Below, piece after piece: positions 19,514 to 29,034 of a stretch of 64,000 nt of DNA (its first letter is position 1; the number at the start of each line of letters is the position of its first letter). A model generated the notes under the pieces. It was not told where the DNA came from, ran no database searches, and was given only the letters and a program-made list of their open reading frames with translations. This DNA is from a virus: UHGV virus genome UHGV-1440165. The stretch is one strand, 5' to 3'. The position numbers and the translations under genes are program-made.

Positions 19514-20356
19514 TTAAATGTCGTACAGATCGTTGACTTCCAGCATCAGGCGGGTGAAGTCGCCGCGCCCGTTGCGATCAGACTTGTCGAACTCGATGAT
19601 GCTGAACGGCTGAACCCATTCAGGATATTCATCACCGACGCCAACACCATCGATCTTCAGGGTTCCGGCCTCCAGCTTGGTGTTGAAGTCACGGAAGGAC
19701 TGAACGTACTTCTCAAGAGCACTGTCACGCAGGCGCTTGTTGGGCTGTTTGATGTCACCGTTGACAAAGATGTAAGTCGAATCGGAAGCACGGGTCAGCA
19801 GGTTCTTCAGCTGCTCCATATCGCATTCCTGGGCTTCTTCAATGATCAGGAAGGTGTCATCAAAGGTCATACCCTTGATGGTCTCCAGATCCTGGATCTC
19901 AATGATCCGCTTCTCCCACAGATAGTTGAAGAACCCGTCGCTGCCCGTATCTGTCTTCAGCACCTTCTTCAGAGTCTGAATCAGGGGCATCAGATATGGC
20001 ATCAGCTTTTCGTATGTATCACCGGGGCGGAAGCCTGCAGTCTGGCCTGTTGGCAGCGGAGAGCGCGTGATGACGATCTTGCTGACGACTTTATCGATCA
20101 GGAGCTTGGCGGCGGCTGAGGCACCACAGTATGATTTACCTGTACCAGCAGGACCGATTGCGATGGTGAGGTTTTCTTCAAGAGCAGATTGATAAGCGAG
20201 GTTCTGATTCTCTGAGAGGCCATTGAACGGAGCGATTCTGAAGTCACCTTTGGAGAACTTCATCCAGTCATCTTCTTTCTGGACAGTTTCTTTCCGACGT
20301 GCTGACTTGGTTTTGCCCGCTGGCTTCATACTTACAACTTTGGTGGCAGATTGCAT
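19514..20356 (-). CDS. phoH: PhoH-like ATPase
   Basis: Walker A GPAGTGKS and PhoH-like downstream motifs; start at MQSATK with AGGAAGG RBS. Confidence 0.75.
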   Translation of the reverse strand: MQSATKVVSMKPAGKTKSARRKETVQKEDDWMKFSKGDFRIAPFNGLSENQNLAYQSALEENLTIAIGPAGTGKSYCGASAAAKLLIDKVVSKIVITRSPLPTGQTAGFRPGDTYEKLMPYLMPLIQTLKKVLKTDTGSDGFFNYLWEKRIIEIQDLETIKGMTFDDTFLIIEEAQECDMEQLKNLLTRASDSTYIFVNGDIKQPNKRLRDSALEKYVQSFRDFNTKLEAGTLKIDGVGVGDEYPEWVQPFSIIEFDKSDRNGRGDFTRLMLEVNDLYDI

Positions 20357-20434
20357 GGGAACCTTCCTATATCTAAGGGGTGTCATCACCTTTAATTAAG
20401 GCGACACACCCAGCATACCCGAGGCTTGGATAAA

Positions 20435-20457
20435 GAAAAAGGCCGTTTCCGGCCTTT
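20435..20457 (-). terminator. rho-independent terminator (AAGGCCGTTTCCGGCCTT)
   Basis: Stem-loop after endolysin gene. Confidence 0.6.
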
Positions 20458-20460
20458 GAG

Positions 20461-21255
20461 TTAACTGAAGCTTTTGTATGCCGCTGCGAGCTTCGTGTCG
20501 TACTGGTTCTTGGCGTATGCTGGGCCATTGTAGCGCCGCGCAAACTCCGCCCAGTTCTTGTCTTTCAGAGCCTGCCAGAGCTTGGCATCGGCCTTGATGA
20601 ACTTCACGAATGCCAACAGATGAGCGCGTTCGCCTGTCAGGAAGTCATTGAACATCTCCTTGGCGTTGGCATACCCACAGACCTGGCAGTTGAAGCCCAT
20701 GATCTGGAAGAGGCCGTAAGAGGCGCTCTCGTACGCACAATCCTCATCGATGTTGATGGCCGCATGGAGTCGATCCAGTTCTGCGTCGCCGCCCGTGTAC
20801 CCGCCCGCAGCCGGACTGACCAATGTTGGATACATCTGACCCATGGCATTCGCCCGAGCCTGACCGAACTTCGCCATCAGTTTTTTGTACATGATGTGAC
20901 GTTCGAACAACGTTTTTATCTTGCCTGACTTGGTGAAGCCCGTGCCACGGGATTCGACCTGGTTGACCGCCTTCACAGAAGCGAGGTCGACACCCAGCTG
21001 ATTGGCCGCCTCGATAAGGTCGGCCTCAGTCAGGTGATCCTGATGCGCTTCCCCGGCGTTGCGAATGGCATAGGAGGTCTTTGGACCCACGATACCATCA
21101 ATGACAAGCCCCGCACCCGCCTGAACAGTCTTCACAGCGTTCTCTGTTGCCTTACCAAAGATGCCGTCAGCGACGAGAGTGAAGCCGATTTTGTTGAGGC
21201 TATCCTGAAGTGCCTTCACTTCAGTGCCACGGTTGCCAAGTTTTAGAATGGCCAT
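20461..21255 (-). CDS. modular endolysin: N-terminal peptidoglycan-binding domain plus C-terminal muramidase/transglycosylase-like domain
   Basis: PG_binding_1-like repeats (GxxVxxLQ...DGxFGxxT); catalytic-domain-like SYGLFQIMG; GGAGG RBS before ATG at 21255. Confidence 0.65.
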   Translation of the reverse strand: MAILKLGNRGTEVKALQDSLNKIGFTLVADGIFGKATENAVKTVQAGAGLVIDGIVGPKTSYAIRNAGEAHQDHLTEADLIEAANQLGVDLASVKAVNQVESRGTGFTKSGKIKTLFERHIMYKKLMAKFGQARANAMGQMYPTLVSPAAGGYTGGDAELDRLHAAINIDEDCAYESASYGLFQIMGFNCQVCGYANAKEMFNDFLTGERAHLLAFVKFIKADAKLWQALKDKNWAEFARRYNGPAYAKNQYDTKLAAAYKSFS

Positions 21256-21314
21256 AAGAAAATACCTCCGCAATGAATGCGAAGGTATTTAAAGTGAAAG
21301 TGAACTACTTGAGA

Positions 21315-21593
21315 TTACATTCCAGATAAGAAGTGCGATATTTTCTCGACCATATGGCGAAGTCGGATATATGCTTCTGCTGCCGAAGGTTCGGATCTCA
21401 ACTCTAGAGGGATCCCGACGATATGAGCCGACCAGCGTTTGGTGGTTTGATGGTATGTTAACAGAACCCCAGAACGCCCCATCTTGATGTCTCGCCCTTC
21501 GACATTCATCAATACAAGCCAGTCATCGTGTCCTAACGATACTTTCAAATCCCATTTAGCCTGCCTGATCAATTCAATGTTAGCCATTTTCAT
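21315..21593 (-). CDS. hypothetical protein
   Basis: ORF. Confidence 0.4.
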   Translation of the reverse strand: MKMANIELIRQAKWDLKVSLGHDDWLVLMNVEGRDIKMGRSGVLLTYHQTTKRWSAHIVGIPLELRSEPSAAEAYIRLRHMVEKISHFLSGM

Positions 21594-21778
21594 CTTGCTA
21601 CCACCACAGGCATGACTTCGTTGAAGGACGTACGAACTTCAGTGTCGTACCCGTATTTTTCCAGGACTGCTAACATCGCCTGCTCGAGTTCCTCTTGGAA
21701 CTGAGGGAAGACTTTGTTCGGAATGCGGTCGGCAACCCAGAGAGCGCCTGAAGAGGCTTGAATGACCACACGGCTCAT
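21590..21778 (-). CDS. hypothetical protein
   Basis: ORF, ATGA overlap with neighbours. Confidence 0.4.
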   Translation of the reverse strand: MSRVVIQASSGALWVADRIPNKVFPQFQEELEQAMLAVLEKYGYDTEVRTSFNEVMPVVVAR

Positions 21779-21975
21779 GCTACTTCCTCCCTCTGGAGTT
21801 TAGCGACAGCAGAGGCGATGTCCATCACTACTTCCTGGGCGTCCTTACAGAAGCCTACTGCCAGCCCGAGGGAGAAATCGAACGCGCTCGGGGAGCTTGA
21901 GTTCACCATGTTCGGGTTCCGGTTGAACAAAGTGAACGCGATATTGTTGATGCACATTTCGTATGCGGTCATCAT
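21775..21975 (-). CDS. hypothetical protein
   Basis: ORF. Confidence 0.4.
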   Translation of the reverse strand: MMTAYEMCINNIAFTLFNRNPNMVNSSSPSAFDFSLGLAVGFCKDAQEVVMDIASAVAKLQREEVA

Positions 21976-22000
21976 GACCTCCTACCAAAAATCTGAATAA

Positions 22001-22020
22001 GGAGGGGAGTTTCCTCCCCT
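22001..22020 (-). terminator. rho-independent terminator (GGAGGGGAGTTTCCTCCCCT)
   Basis: Perfect stem, U-run on minus strand; same core recurs at 47551. Confidence 0.65.
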
Positions 22021-22025
22021 TTCGA

Positions 22026-22514
22026 TTAAGCCAGTTTGCTTACCAGGGTCTGAACGTCTTTGGCGGTCAGTTTACCCATTTTGACGTACTGAGCTTTTGC
22101 TTCGCCACCAGCAGCTTTCACGATGTCGGTGTTGTCGTAGCCCTTCTTAGGGAAGACCATCACAGAGAAGGAACCGTTGTTCAGCGGGTTCAGCTGGATG
22201 CGACCTTTGCCGACTACGATGGTGCCGTAAGTTTCGGTGTTCGCTTCGACAACGTGGATGTCGTGGCCCAGGTCTTTCAGCATGCCAACTTTGTCGGCAG
22301 TCTTAGAAACCACAGCTTTGTCAACCACAACCTGCTCTACCAGGGTGAAGCCGTTAGTCGCTTTCACTTTACCGTTCAGCAGGTTCATGAAGGAAGTCTT
22401 GCCACCAGTGAAGCCAGCTGCCTGAGCGATGCGGAACATTTCAACTTTAGCAACTTCGGTGTTCAGTTCGAAAGAGATGGTGCCGTTGGTGATCAGAGTT
22501 TTGGTAGTAGCCAT
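22026..22514 (-). CDS. hypothetical protein (162 aa), probably abundantly expressed early protein
   Basis: Start MATTK with GAGGAA RBS; own strong promoter and terminator. Confidence 0.55.
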   Translation of the reverse strand: MATTKTLITNGTISFELNTEVAKVEMFRIAQAAGFTGGKTSFMNLLNGKVKATNGFTLVEQVVVDKAVVSKTADKVGMLKDLGHDIHVVEANTETYGTIVVGKGRIQLNPLNNGSFSVMVFPKKGYDNTDIVKAAGGEAKAQYVKMGKLTAKDVQTLVSKLA

Positions 22515-22587
22515 GATGTAATTCCTCATAATGTAGTTGGTTCGTTTCACTTTTCATTCGGCGGTGTGTTGCCGCCCTATGTGAACT

Positions 22588-22616
22588 ATAATAGGGCACC
22601 ATTATTGAAGAGTAAA
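22588..22616 (-). promoter_or_regulatory. sigma70-like early promoter TTTACT-N17-TATTAT with AT-rich upstream region
   Basis: Hexamers and spacing read directly; GC hairpin (GGCGGCAACACACCGCC) lies just downstream at predicted transcript 5' end. Confidence 0.55.
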
Positions 22617-22660
22617 GTCTTTTTCAATAATTTTTTAAAATATTTTTGAAGTATTTTAAA

Positions 22661-22681
22661 AGGCCTCATTCGACGAGGCCT
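22661..22681 (-). terminator. rho-independent terminator (AGGCCTCGTCGAATGAGGCCT)
   Basis: Stem-loop plus T-run on minus strand. Confidence 0.6.
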
Positions 22682-22710
22682 GGAGGGAAGGTGATGTGAA
22701 GTAAAAAGTT

Positions 22711-22917
22711 TTAGCTCGGACGAAATCTTACAAACTCGCGAGCCAATTCGGCCTGCTCAGCACTGATGGGAACCCCATGAAAGTCTACCTGACCATTCTT
22801 CCAGCCGTGGATGAAACTCGGGGATTCATCGCCAGACAGGGCATACCCCTTGCGGGACATCTCATACCCGCGCTGGATCTCACTGTCGTCCAGCTTGTTC
22901 AGTTCTTCTAGAGTCAT
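22711..22917 (-). CDS. hypothetical protein (68 aa)
   Basis: ORF. Confidence 0.4.
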   Translation of the reverse strand: MTLEELNKLDDSEIQRGYEMSRKGYALSGDESPSFIHGWKNGQVDFHGVPISAEQAELAREFVRFRPS

Positions 22918-23975
22918 CGTACTTTCCTCAGTTCGGCAAATTGTAATGATGCGGCCATACCCTGGTAGACGTTCTGAGCAATCAGCTTCAGGAGGTCTCG
23001 TATGGCCATGTTACCCTTCGAAGGCATAACCATATCGTTGATGTCCTTCCACGGAATGTTCGGTGGGAAGAGGACGACCTTGACACCTTTATCTATCATC
23101 TTCTGAATACCGTCGCACACTTGAGGGTTTCGGTACTGGTTGTCAGGGATATAGATGTCTCCCTTCACGCTCAGCAAATCCGCATCAGCTGATGCAAGAC
23201 AGTTGGGTAGGAACAGACTGTCAATCGGACCTTCCACGACCAGCTTGGTCTTGTGAATGTTCACCCGGTCTTCACCATACACCTTCGTGTCTTCATCGCG
23301 GGGCTTGACAGTAGAATACCGGAGCACACCATCACGCACTTCAAATGCACGCCCCTGAACGACCTTCATGCGACCATCCTGAGTCCAGAATGGGATTACC
23401 AGGCGCTCGTCATCGGGGATTTTCAGCTGCTTCTCAGGGTTCGTTTCGAACTGGAGTAGATCCTGGCGGAAGTGCTGGGTGTAATACAGGAGGGGCAACG
23501 TGCTCTCCGGCATTCCCCTGCCCTGTACGTACTGTCGAGCCTTATGGTCAGGCGGTAGCAGATCAAGTCTGAGCATATTGCCGAGGAGGCTCTCGTCGCG
23601 TTTAGCCTCCATTGAACCGATACGGGCTGTCTGTGTCAGCTTTGGCAAAGGCTTCAGCGCCGGGAGCGGCTTGGAAGATGAATCACCCAGCAGACGGAAC
23701 TTCTCCATGTTGTACTCGGTGGACAAGCGTTCATCAAACTTCTTCAGCCAGAACTCAAACGCCCAGCCGTTCATCTGGTTGCAGTTGTGGCACTTGAACC
23801 GGAAGCAGTCATGGTCCCGGTCGAAAAAGAAGTACCCACGACGCTTGTTGGCAGACTTCGTGGAGTCACCACACAGGGGGCAGCGGAAGTTCGCAACCGA
23901 TCCCACGCGCTCCCACTTGAACTTGTCAAGGCGCGGTGACACGTTGTTGATAAATTGCTCGTCAAGAAATTTCAT
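22914..23975 (-). CDS. DNA primase (T4 gp61-like, zinc finger + TOPRIM)
   Basis: CPLCGDS...CHNC zinc finger near N-terminus, TOPRIM-like VVEGPIDSLF; start at MKFLDE overlapping upstream stop (TAATG). Confidence 0.65.
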   Translation of the reverse strand: MKFLDEQFINNVSPRLDKFKWERVGSVANFRCPLCGDSTKSANKRRGYFFFDRDHDCFRFKCHNCNQMNGWAFEFWLKKFDERLSTEYNMEKFRLLGDSSSKPLPALKPLPKLTQTARIGSMEAKRDESLLGNMLRLDLLPPDHKARQYVQGRGMPESTLPLLYYTQHFRQDLLQFETNPEKQLKIPDDERLVIPFWTQDGRMKVVQGRAFEVRDGVLRYSTVKPRDEDTKVYGEDRVNIHKTKLVVEGPIDSLFLPNCLASADADLLSVKGDIYIPDNQYRNPQVCDGIQKMIDKGVKVVLFPPNIPWKDINDMVMPSKGNMAIRDLLKLIAQNVYQGMAASLQFAELRKVR

Positions 23976-24586
23976 TAGATCTTCGGCCTCTGGAACACTT
24001 CGGTCACAGTATAGTCTACACCACGACTTTGAGCTATACACAGTTGTCGCCAAGCCCCATACAGGATATTCTGCTCCCCGGCAGTGTTGCGCTCAAAGTG
24101 GGCGAAGCCGTCAAGGAGTTCCATGTAGCTGCGCATATGCCGGGTAACGGTTCTTCCTCTCTTGATCTGTTCATCAAGATACTTCTGATAATGCTCTGGT
24201 GATGACAATGAAGAGTACTGCATGTCTGGCACATGAACTGGCATCAGGGACTTGCGGGGTGTGAAGTAGAACAACCCCCACTTTGGTGGCAGGTCTTCAA
24301 CCCTGATCACGTCCTGAGGGCAGACATAAAAGCGGTATGCGCCCATTCCTGTTGTGGGGTCCATCCGATGGGGCTTCTTCTTGTCAGTGAGGAAGTCGGC
24401 GCGGGACACCTTCACTTCCATCAGGACAGAGCACCCACCTGAACGAAACCCGATGGCATCAGGTGATTCTTTGTTGTCAAACGAATTTGGCTCGATGAAG
24501 ACAGCGCCGCAGTTCATGCGACCGCGCAGGTAGTTGGCCGCGATCTCACATCCTTCACGATGTGTCGGGGTAAAGATTTTGCTCAT
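23975..24586 (-). CDS. PD-(D/E)xK nuclease-fold protein
   Basis: SPDAIGF...VLMEVKV motif; GAAAGGAAAGG RBS. Confidence 0.4.
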   Translation of the reverse strand: MSKIFTPTHREGCEIAANYLRGRMNCGAVFIEPNSFDNKESPDAIGFRSGGCSVLMEVKVSRADFLTDKKKPHRMDPTTGMGAYRFYVCPQDVIRVEDLPPKWGLFYFTPRKSLMPVHVPDMQYSSLSSPEHYQKYLDEQIKRGRTVTRHMRSYMELLDGFAHFERNTAGEQNILYGAWRQLCIAQSRGVDYTVTEVFQRPKI

Positions 24587-24643
24587 TGTCCTTTCCTTTC
24601 GGTGAATAATGAGCAAAATTATATGCCTTTATTTTGTATTGAC

Positions 24644-24997
24644 TTACGACAGCTGCTTCAGTTTGTAGATCGTCTGATAACACAGCGTCTTGATTTCATC
24701 AAGCGTGTTCTGAAGGTGGGAGTCACACTGCCTGTAGATGCCATCGACGTCTATCACCACGCTGTTGACATAGGAGATAGGGTCTGGGTTATAGAGCTTG
24801 ATGTTCTCAAACGACGGAACGTACTGGCCACCCGCACCGATGTATGCTTCGGTAAACGTGTCCAGCAAGTCCTCCAGTTCCCCGTAGAACTCCCCGAGAG
24901 CTTTGTGCTTGGCGTAGGACGTTGTAACGAAGTGCAGGGCATGAGAGTGGGCTATAGCAAGCAGTCCACGGTTGATGAAAATACTCGCGTTAACCAT
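24644..24997 (-). CDS. hypothetical protein (117 aa)
   Basis: ORF. Confidence 0.45.
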   Translation of the reverse strand: MVNASIFINRGLLAIAHSHALHFVTTSYAKHKALGEFYGELEDLLDTFTEAYIGAGGQYVPSFENIKLYNPDPISYVNSVVIDVDGIYRQCDSHLQNTLDEIKTLCYQTIYKLKQLS

Positions 24998-25086
24998 GAT
25001 TTGTTTCCTGTATTGTGAACCATCTAGTATTTAGTGTTAATGGGTCCATGAGGTACTATATAGAATAATATAACTGGAGAACGAAA

Positions 25087-25692
25087 ATGAAAACTTTTCA
25101 AGACTTTCTGACCGAAGCCGCGCCGCCGATGTTTGTTCATATCAAGGCAGACAAGATCGGCAAATCCACCGAAGACAATATCGGTACTTTCTTGCGAGTT
25201 AGTGTTAGTGGCGACAAAGCCACCTTTGAAACCCCTGACGGTCGCAAGATAATCCTGACGGGTGCTAAAGACATCATCTCGGCATCTGGCCTGAAAGATG
25301 GGCAGTTTGCCAGTGCCCAGATGATTGACAAGGTTGATACTGACACCGCTGTCAAGTACAACAAATCAGGCAAATATATTGACTTGTTGGATGTCAAATC
25401 AGGTATGGGTAATTCCTTTATCTCCATTGACGGTAACAAGCAATGGAAAGAAATGACCGAAGGTGGTTGGTATGCGTATAAAGGCGGTCGCCCCGGCTTG
25501 GCTCGTTATAAGATCGCTATGGTTATGGGACCTCATGCGGGTATGCCATCTCCTGGGGAAGATATTGAATACGAGTTACCGAATGGCGGCAAAGAACGCG
25601 GAACCGTCATGAAACTGAATGGTGCATCCAAGCTGATGGATGTCAAAAACGAAAAAGGTAAGAAAGTACAAGTCAGTATGTATGTGAAATAA
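25087..25692 (+). CDS. putative internal head protein with T4 IP-like capsid-targeting N-terminus
   Basis: N-terminus MKTFQDFLTEA resembles T4 internal-protein CTS (MKTYQEFIAEA) with LxE protease-site-like motif; K/G-rich; terminator downstream. Confidence 0.45.
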   Translation: MKTFQDFLTEAAPPMFVHIKADKIGKSTEDNIGTFLRVSVSGDKATFETPDGRKIILTGAKDIISASGLKDGQFASAQMIDKVDTDTAVKYNKSGKYIDLLDVKSGMGNSFISIDGNKQWKEMTEGGWYAYKGGRPGLARYKIAMVMGPHAGMPSPGEDIEYELPNGGKERGTVMKLNGASKLMDVKNEKGKKVQVSMYVK

Positions 25693-25694
25693 CA

Positions 25695-25722
25695 AAACCC
25701 CGCGAAAAGCGGGGTTTATTTT
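25695..25722 (+). terminator. rho-independent terminator (AAACCCCGCGAAAAGCGGGGTTT + ATTTT)
   Basis: Stem-loop plus T-run. Confidence 0.7.
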
Positions 25723-25752
25723 ACGACTCACCCGGTTGCAAAGTTCACCCTT

Positions 25753-26322
25753 CTACACAGGCTTGACGCCGAGGAACTTGGCGATATCAGCAGCCAGGTT
25801 TTTACCCTTGCTGATGTCGTGTTCTTTACCGCCGACAGTAACGATTACATATGGATCGTCTTCACCGCCGAAGTTCACAGACACAGCCTTACCATGGCCA
25901 GGGATGCCAGAGTATTCGAACTCAGTACGACCACTCTTGCGAGACTTGCCAACACCCAGTGCTTTACCGATCATCTTGTCCATGTTCGCCAGTTCCTGAG
26001 CATAGGCTTCAGTCACCTGGCCTTTGTCAGCAGACTTGCCAAAGAAGAATTCGAAACCGTCATGGACAGCAACGACTTCCTGACCTTGGGAGATACCGTG
26101 AGTCTGGTCTGGGGTCAGTTTCACCTTGATGGTGTTGCCGTTGGTTAACTCCAGGTTGTAGACATCCGCCTGATTGTCAGGAGTGATCTGGGTCACGGTA
26201 GCACCGGAGCACCACTGAGTGCCATCGGCCTGTTTGGTGATGGATACGCTTTTGCCTTGGACACCAGCATGGGTCTGAGGCTGTGCAGCTTGCTCTTTAA
26301 AATATTCGATAAAAGGTTTCAT
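25753..26322 (-). CDS. putative internal head protein (CTS-like N-terminus MKPFIEYFKEQ)
   Basis: Start with GGAGAGA RBS; N-terminal motif shared with neighbours. Confidence 0.4.
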   Translation of the reverse strand: MKPFIEYFKEQAAQPQTHAGVQGKSVSITKQADGTQWCSGATVTQITPDNQADVYNLELTNGNTIKVKLTPDQTHGISQGQEVVAVHDGFEFFFGKSADKGQVTEAYAQELANMDKMIGKALGVGKSRKSGRTEFEYSGIPGHGKAVSVNFGGEDDPYVIVTVGGKEHDISKGKNLAADIAKFLGVKPV

Positions 26323-26353
26323 TGGATCTCTCCTCGGGGATTTAGATGTAATT

Positions 26354-26369
26354 AGCCCCCGGAGGGGCT
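26354..26369. terminator. hairpin AGCCCCCGGAGGGGCT between convergent genes
   Basis: Inverted repeat. Confidence 0.4.
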
Positions 26370-26394
26370 TTATTCTGTTCAAGACCAGCTAGTT

Positions 26395-28398
26395 TCACCA
26401 AACATTCAGAAATAGTGCATGACCCATACCGCCGTTTGACTGAAGAGACCATTTTCCTGTTTCTCTTCCCAGGCGTTCTATGTTGTTGAGTTGGTTTATC
26501 GACAATTCAGAAGAGTCGAATAATACCACATCACGTTTTTTGGGTTCTCTCAAATAAGGTCCGAGATCAATATCAATCATCCGGTTTATAAATTCTACTA
26601 CTTCGGCTTGTTTCTTTGGTAATGTGATATCCGGCCTGTTTGTCACTTTCTCCAAGCGTCTATTTTCTGCGCTTATCATGGACAGCATAATTTGTGTAAC
26701 TTTGCCGTCAGACAAGTTGTAATCGTTCCAAATCACTTCACCTTTATCCGTGATGGTTATATCATTCAAGAAAACCTGGTTTGGGTTGTATGTCTGACTT
26801 TTCAACTGTTGGAGGTTTCTGGAAAGATATTCCATTTTTGATGAGATTTCATCGATCATGGATTGAACAATATCTTTCTTCAAAGTAAGTTCATAGGTCT
26901 TCGGATTGTTCAGGGTACGCCCTTTCTGGGAGACAATTGGGGTGAATGCAACTTTGCCTTTGTCATGATAATAGGTTACGTTGGTTATCATAGAAGTACC
27001 GGCATATTTTCCGGTTTCAGGGAAATTGATTCCAGACCAAGTGATGGACATGCCGTTCTCTGTTTCCCCGAACACTGATGCGTTTTTCGGGATTCGCAGA
27101 TCTTTAGAACTGATTGCATTTGGATTCGGTTCTGCTGCTTTCGCCTGAGGAGCCAACTGATCGATAGCACCCTGTACCACTCCAGTCAATTTGGATGGTT
27201 TGGTGATGTCGATGTCACGGATTACGATAGGCTGGCCGATGGTTTGCCCACCAGGTCCCAATTCTGTAACTGCCTTGACTGTCAAGACAATCGGATCACT
27301 CCCTTTGATGATGCCACGGTTGATTGTGGCCACCACTGCAGATTTACCGCCGAATGTCAAGCTACCAGAGGCCATTGTCATAGAGGATACGCCGCGAAGA
27401 TCATTCACTTTGTAGAATGCGTTCACCAGAGCACGCCAGCGGTCTGTTGTGAGTTCGGCTGCCGTGGTTTGAGCAGGAGCCACAGCCCCAACGCCAAATT
27501 CAACATAAGCCACAATCTTACCACCAGACTTCAGTTCCCAACCCATGCCCTGGCGGTCAGAAGCCGCCATGATTTTGCGATCCACTTCCCCACGACCAAC
27601 ATACTCTTTGTCGAACACAGTTACCTGGGCGATGGTTTGGGTGCGGGCAATCTTCGCCATTGCGCCATCTTTGACCATGATGGCCAGGTCGTTGGAACTC
27701 AGAGTCACATCGTTGGCACCGACCACCTTCACAACAGAACTGAAGATGCCGTTGGATTTTGCCATGACGGAAATGTTCCAGTCTGGATTGTTGGGCGAAG
27801 CCCCCACATCCGGAGTATTGTTCTGAACCGGAACGTCGCCGACCTTGTCTGGATCATCCCAGGTGATGCCCTGCATCTTCGGACCGTCGAATACCTGAGC
27901 CGGATCTTTGCCCTTGCGGACCAGCCACACATAACCACGGTCAGGGACAGGCGCGTAAGTCAGGTCCATGACGTTCAGTTTCTGTTTCAAACCAGACTGA
28001 CGGATGATCTTTGGAATCAGGGTCATACCGCGATCCAGGGCTTTCTTGGAGAAGTTCACAGCATAGCCATCGATAGTCTTGCCAAGAGGAGTCGCCATGA
28101 ATTGTTTGGTCGCTTCGATCATGGAGGCGATGACGCGCATTGGGTTCTTGAAGCGAGCAATAGCGTCAGGGTAGACGGAGCCGCGCTTCTGGCCTATGAA
28201 GACCTGGCGGACATTCTTGCCCAACCCCTGTGGGGTATAGAACTGGATGCGGTATTCTTTTTCATCTTCGTCGATGAAGGTGAAGAACACATCGCCTGCG
28301 TTCTTCTTGCCCATGGTCAGCTCATACGGAGCGGAGTTGAACGCTTCGTCCAACTGATCTCTTTCCTGCATGAACTGGAGGAAACTTGGCTTTGACAT
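26395..28398 (-). CDS. large hypothetical protein (667 aa) with CTS-like N-terminus; candidate capsid-packaged, injected protein
   Basis: N-terminus MSKPSFLQFMQE...LDEAF; size similar to T4 Alt (no catalytic motifs confirmed). Confidence 0.4.
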   Translation of the reverse strand: MSKPSFLQFMQERDQLDEAFNSAPYELTMGKKNAGDVFFTFIDEDEKEYRIQFYTPQGLGKNVRQVFIGQKRGSVYPDAIARFKNPMRVIASMIEATKQFMATPLGKTIDGYAVNFSKKALDRGMTLIPKIIRQSGLKQKLNVMDLTYAPVPDRGYVWLVRKGKDPAQVFDGPKMQGITWDDPDKVGDVPVQNNTPDVGASPNNPDWNISVMAKSNGIFSSVVKVVGANDVTLSSNDLAIMVKDGAMAKIARTQTIAQVTVFDKEYVGRGEVDRKIMAASDRQGMGWELKSGGKIVAYVEFGVGAVAPAQTTAAELTTDRWRALVNAFYKVNDLRGVSSMTMASGSLTFGGKSAVVATINRGIIKGSDPIVLTVKAVTELGPGGQTIGQPIVIRDIDITKPSKLTGVVQGAIDQLAPQAKAAEPNPNAISSKDLRIPKNASVFGETENGMSITWSGINFPETGKYAGTSMITNVTYYHDKGKVAFTPIVSQKGRTLNNPKTYELTLKKDIVQSMIDEISSKMEYLSRNLQQLKSQTYNPNQVFLNDITITDKGEVIWNDYNLSDGKVTQIMLSMISAENRRLEKVTNRPDITLPKKQAEVVEFINRMIDIDLGPYLREPKKRDVVLFDSSELSINQLNNIERLGRETGKWSLQSNGGMGHALFLNVW

Positions 28399-28443
28399 TT
28401 TATATCTCCTGATGGGAATATGGCGGTTTCCCTTAATTAGCGA

Positions 28444-28671
28444 TCAGCCGCGCAATTGATACTGCATGATTCGTGAAAAGCTATCGCTTGTCAGGACGCA
28501 TCCTTCAACGATTTCCACAGAAAGATCCTGATCCACCCGATAACGCTTGCCATTCAAATCAAAGTAAACATAGAAATAACCGCGACGTTCCACCATATCC
28601 AGATTACTGATGCTTGAAACTTCTGGCAATTTGGTGATGATCGACTGAACGATATAAGACAACACATTCAT
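28444..28671 (-). CDS. hypothetical protein
   Basis: Start MNVLSY with AAGGAA RBS. Confidence 0.4.
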   Translation of the reverse strand: MNVLSYIVQSIITKLPEVSSISNLDMVERRGYFYVYFDLNGKRYRVDQDLSVEIVEGCVLTSDSFSRIMQYQLRG

Positions 28672-28693
28672 GATATAGTTCCTTCGGTTCAAA

Positions 28694-28927
28694 TTAAAGA
28701 GAGGCTTCAGATTTCACAACAGCTACCAGGGCGGCAATTTTCTTGCTGCTGGTAATCTTTTTACGGCTACCCTGGTTGCCCGCTTTCGGGGTGTTCAGCT
28801 GTACTACTGGGGTGTCAGTCTCGGCACCGTAAACGTGGTAAAAACCTTCACCTTCAACAGTAAATGTAGCGTGGGAAGCAAAGCGGCTAACTGCTGGTAC
28901 AAAGTAAAAACCGGTTACTGTAGTCAT
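28694..28927 (-). CDS. hypothetical protein (78 aa)
   Basis: Start MTTVTG with AAGGAA RBS; own promoter. Confidence 0.45.
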   Translation of the reverse strand: MTTVTGFYFVPAVSRFASHATFTVEGEGFYHVYGAETDTPVVQLNTPKAGNQGSRKKITSSKKIAALVAVVKSEASL

Positions 28928-28975
28928 GGTGTAGTTCCTTCGTTTCAAGTTGGTGTCGTACTGCTTATGTATTGA

Positions 28976-29004
28976 AGTATAGGGAAGGTTATTGAAGAAG
29001 TAAA
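28976..29004 (-). promoter_or_regulatory. sigma70-like early promoter TTTACT-N17-TATACT
   Basis: Directly follows terminator hairpin GGGGCTTTTGCCCC. Confidence 0.55.
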
Positions 29005-29022
29005 GGGGCAAAAGCCCCTTTT
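29005..29022 (-). terminator. rho-independent terminator (GGGGCTTTTGCCCC)
   Basis: Stem-loop after 29035..29673. Confidence 0.55.
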
Positions 29023-29034
29023 ATTGAATTATTT

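Noticed and set aside
27244-28395. 383-aa plus-strand ORF
   Set aside because: Completely antisense to the 667-aa gene 26395..28398, which has a better start context and operon fit.
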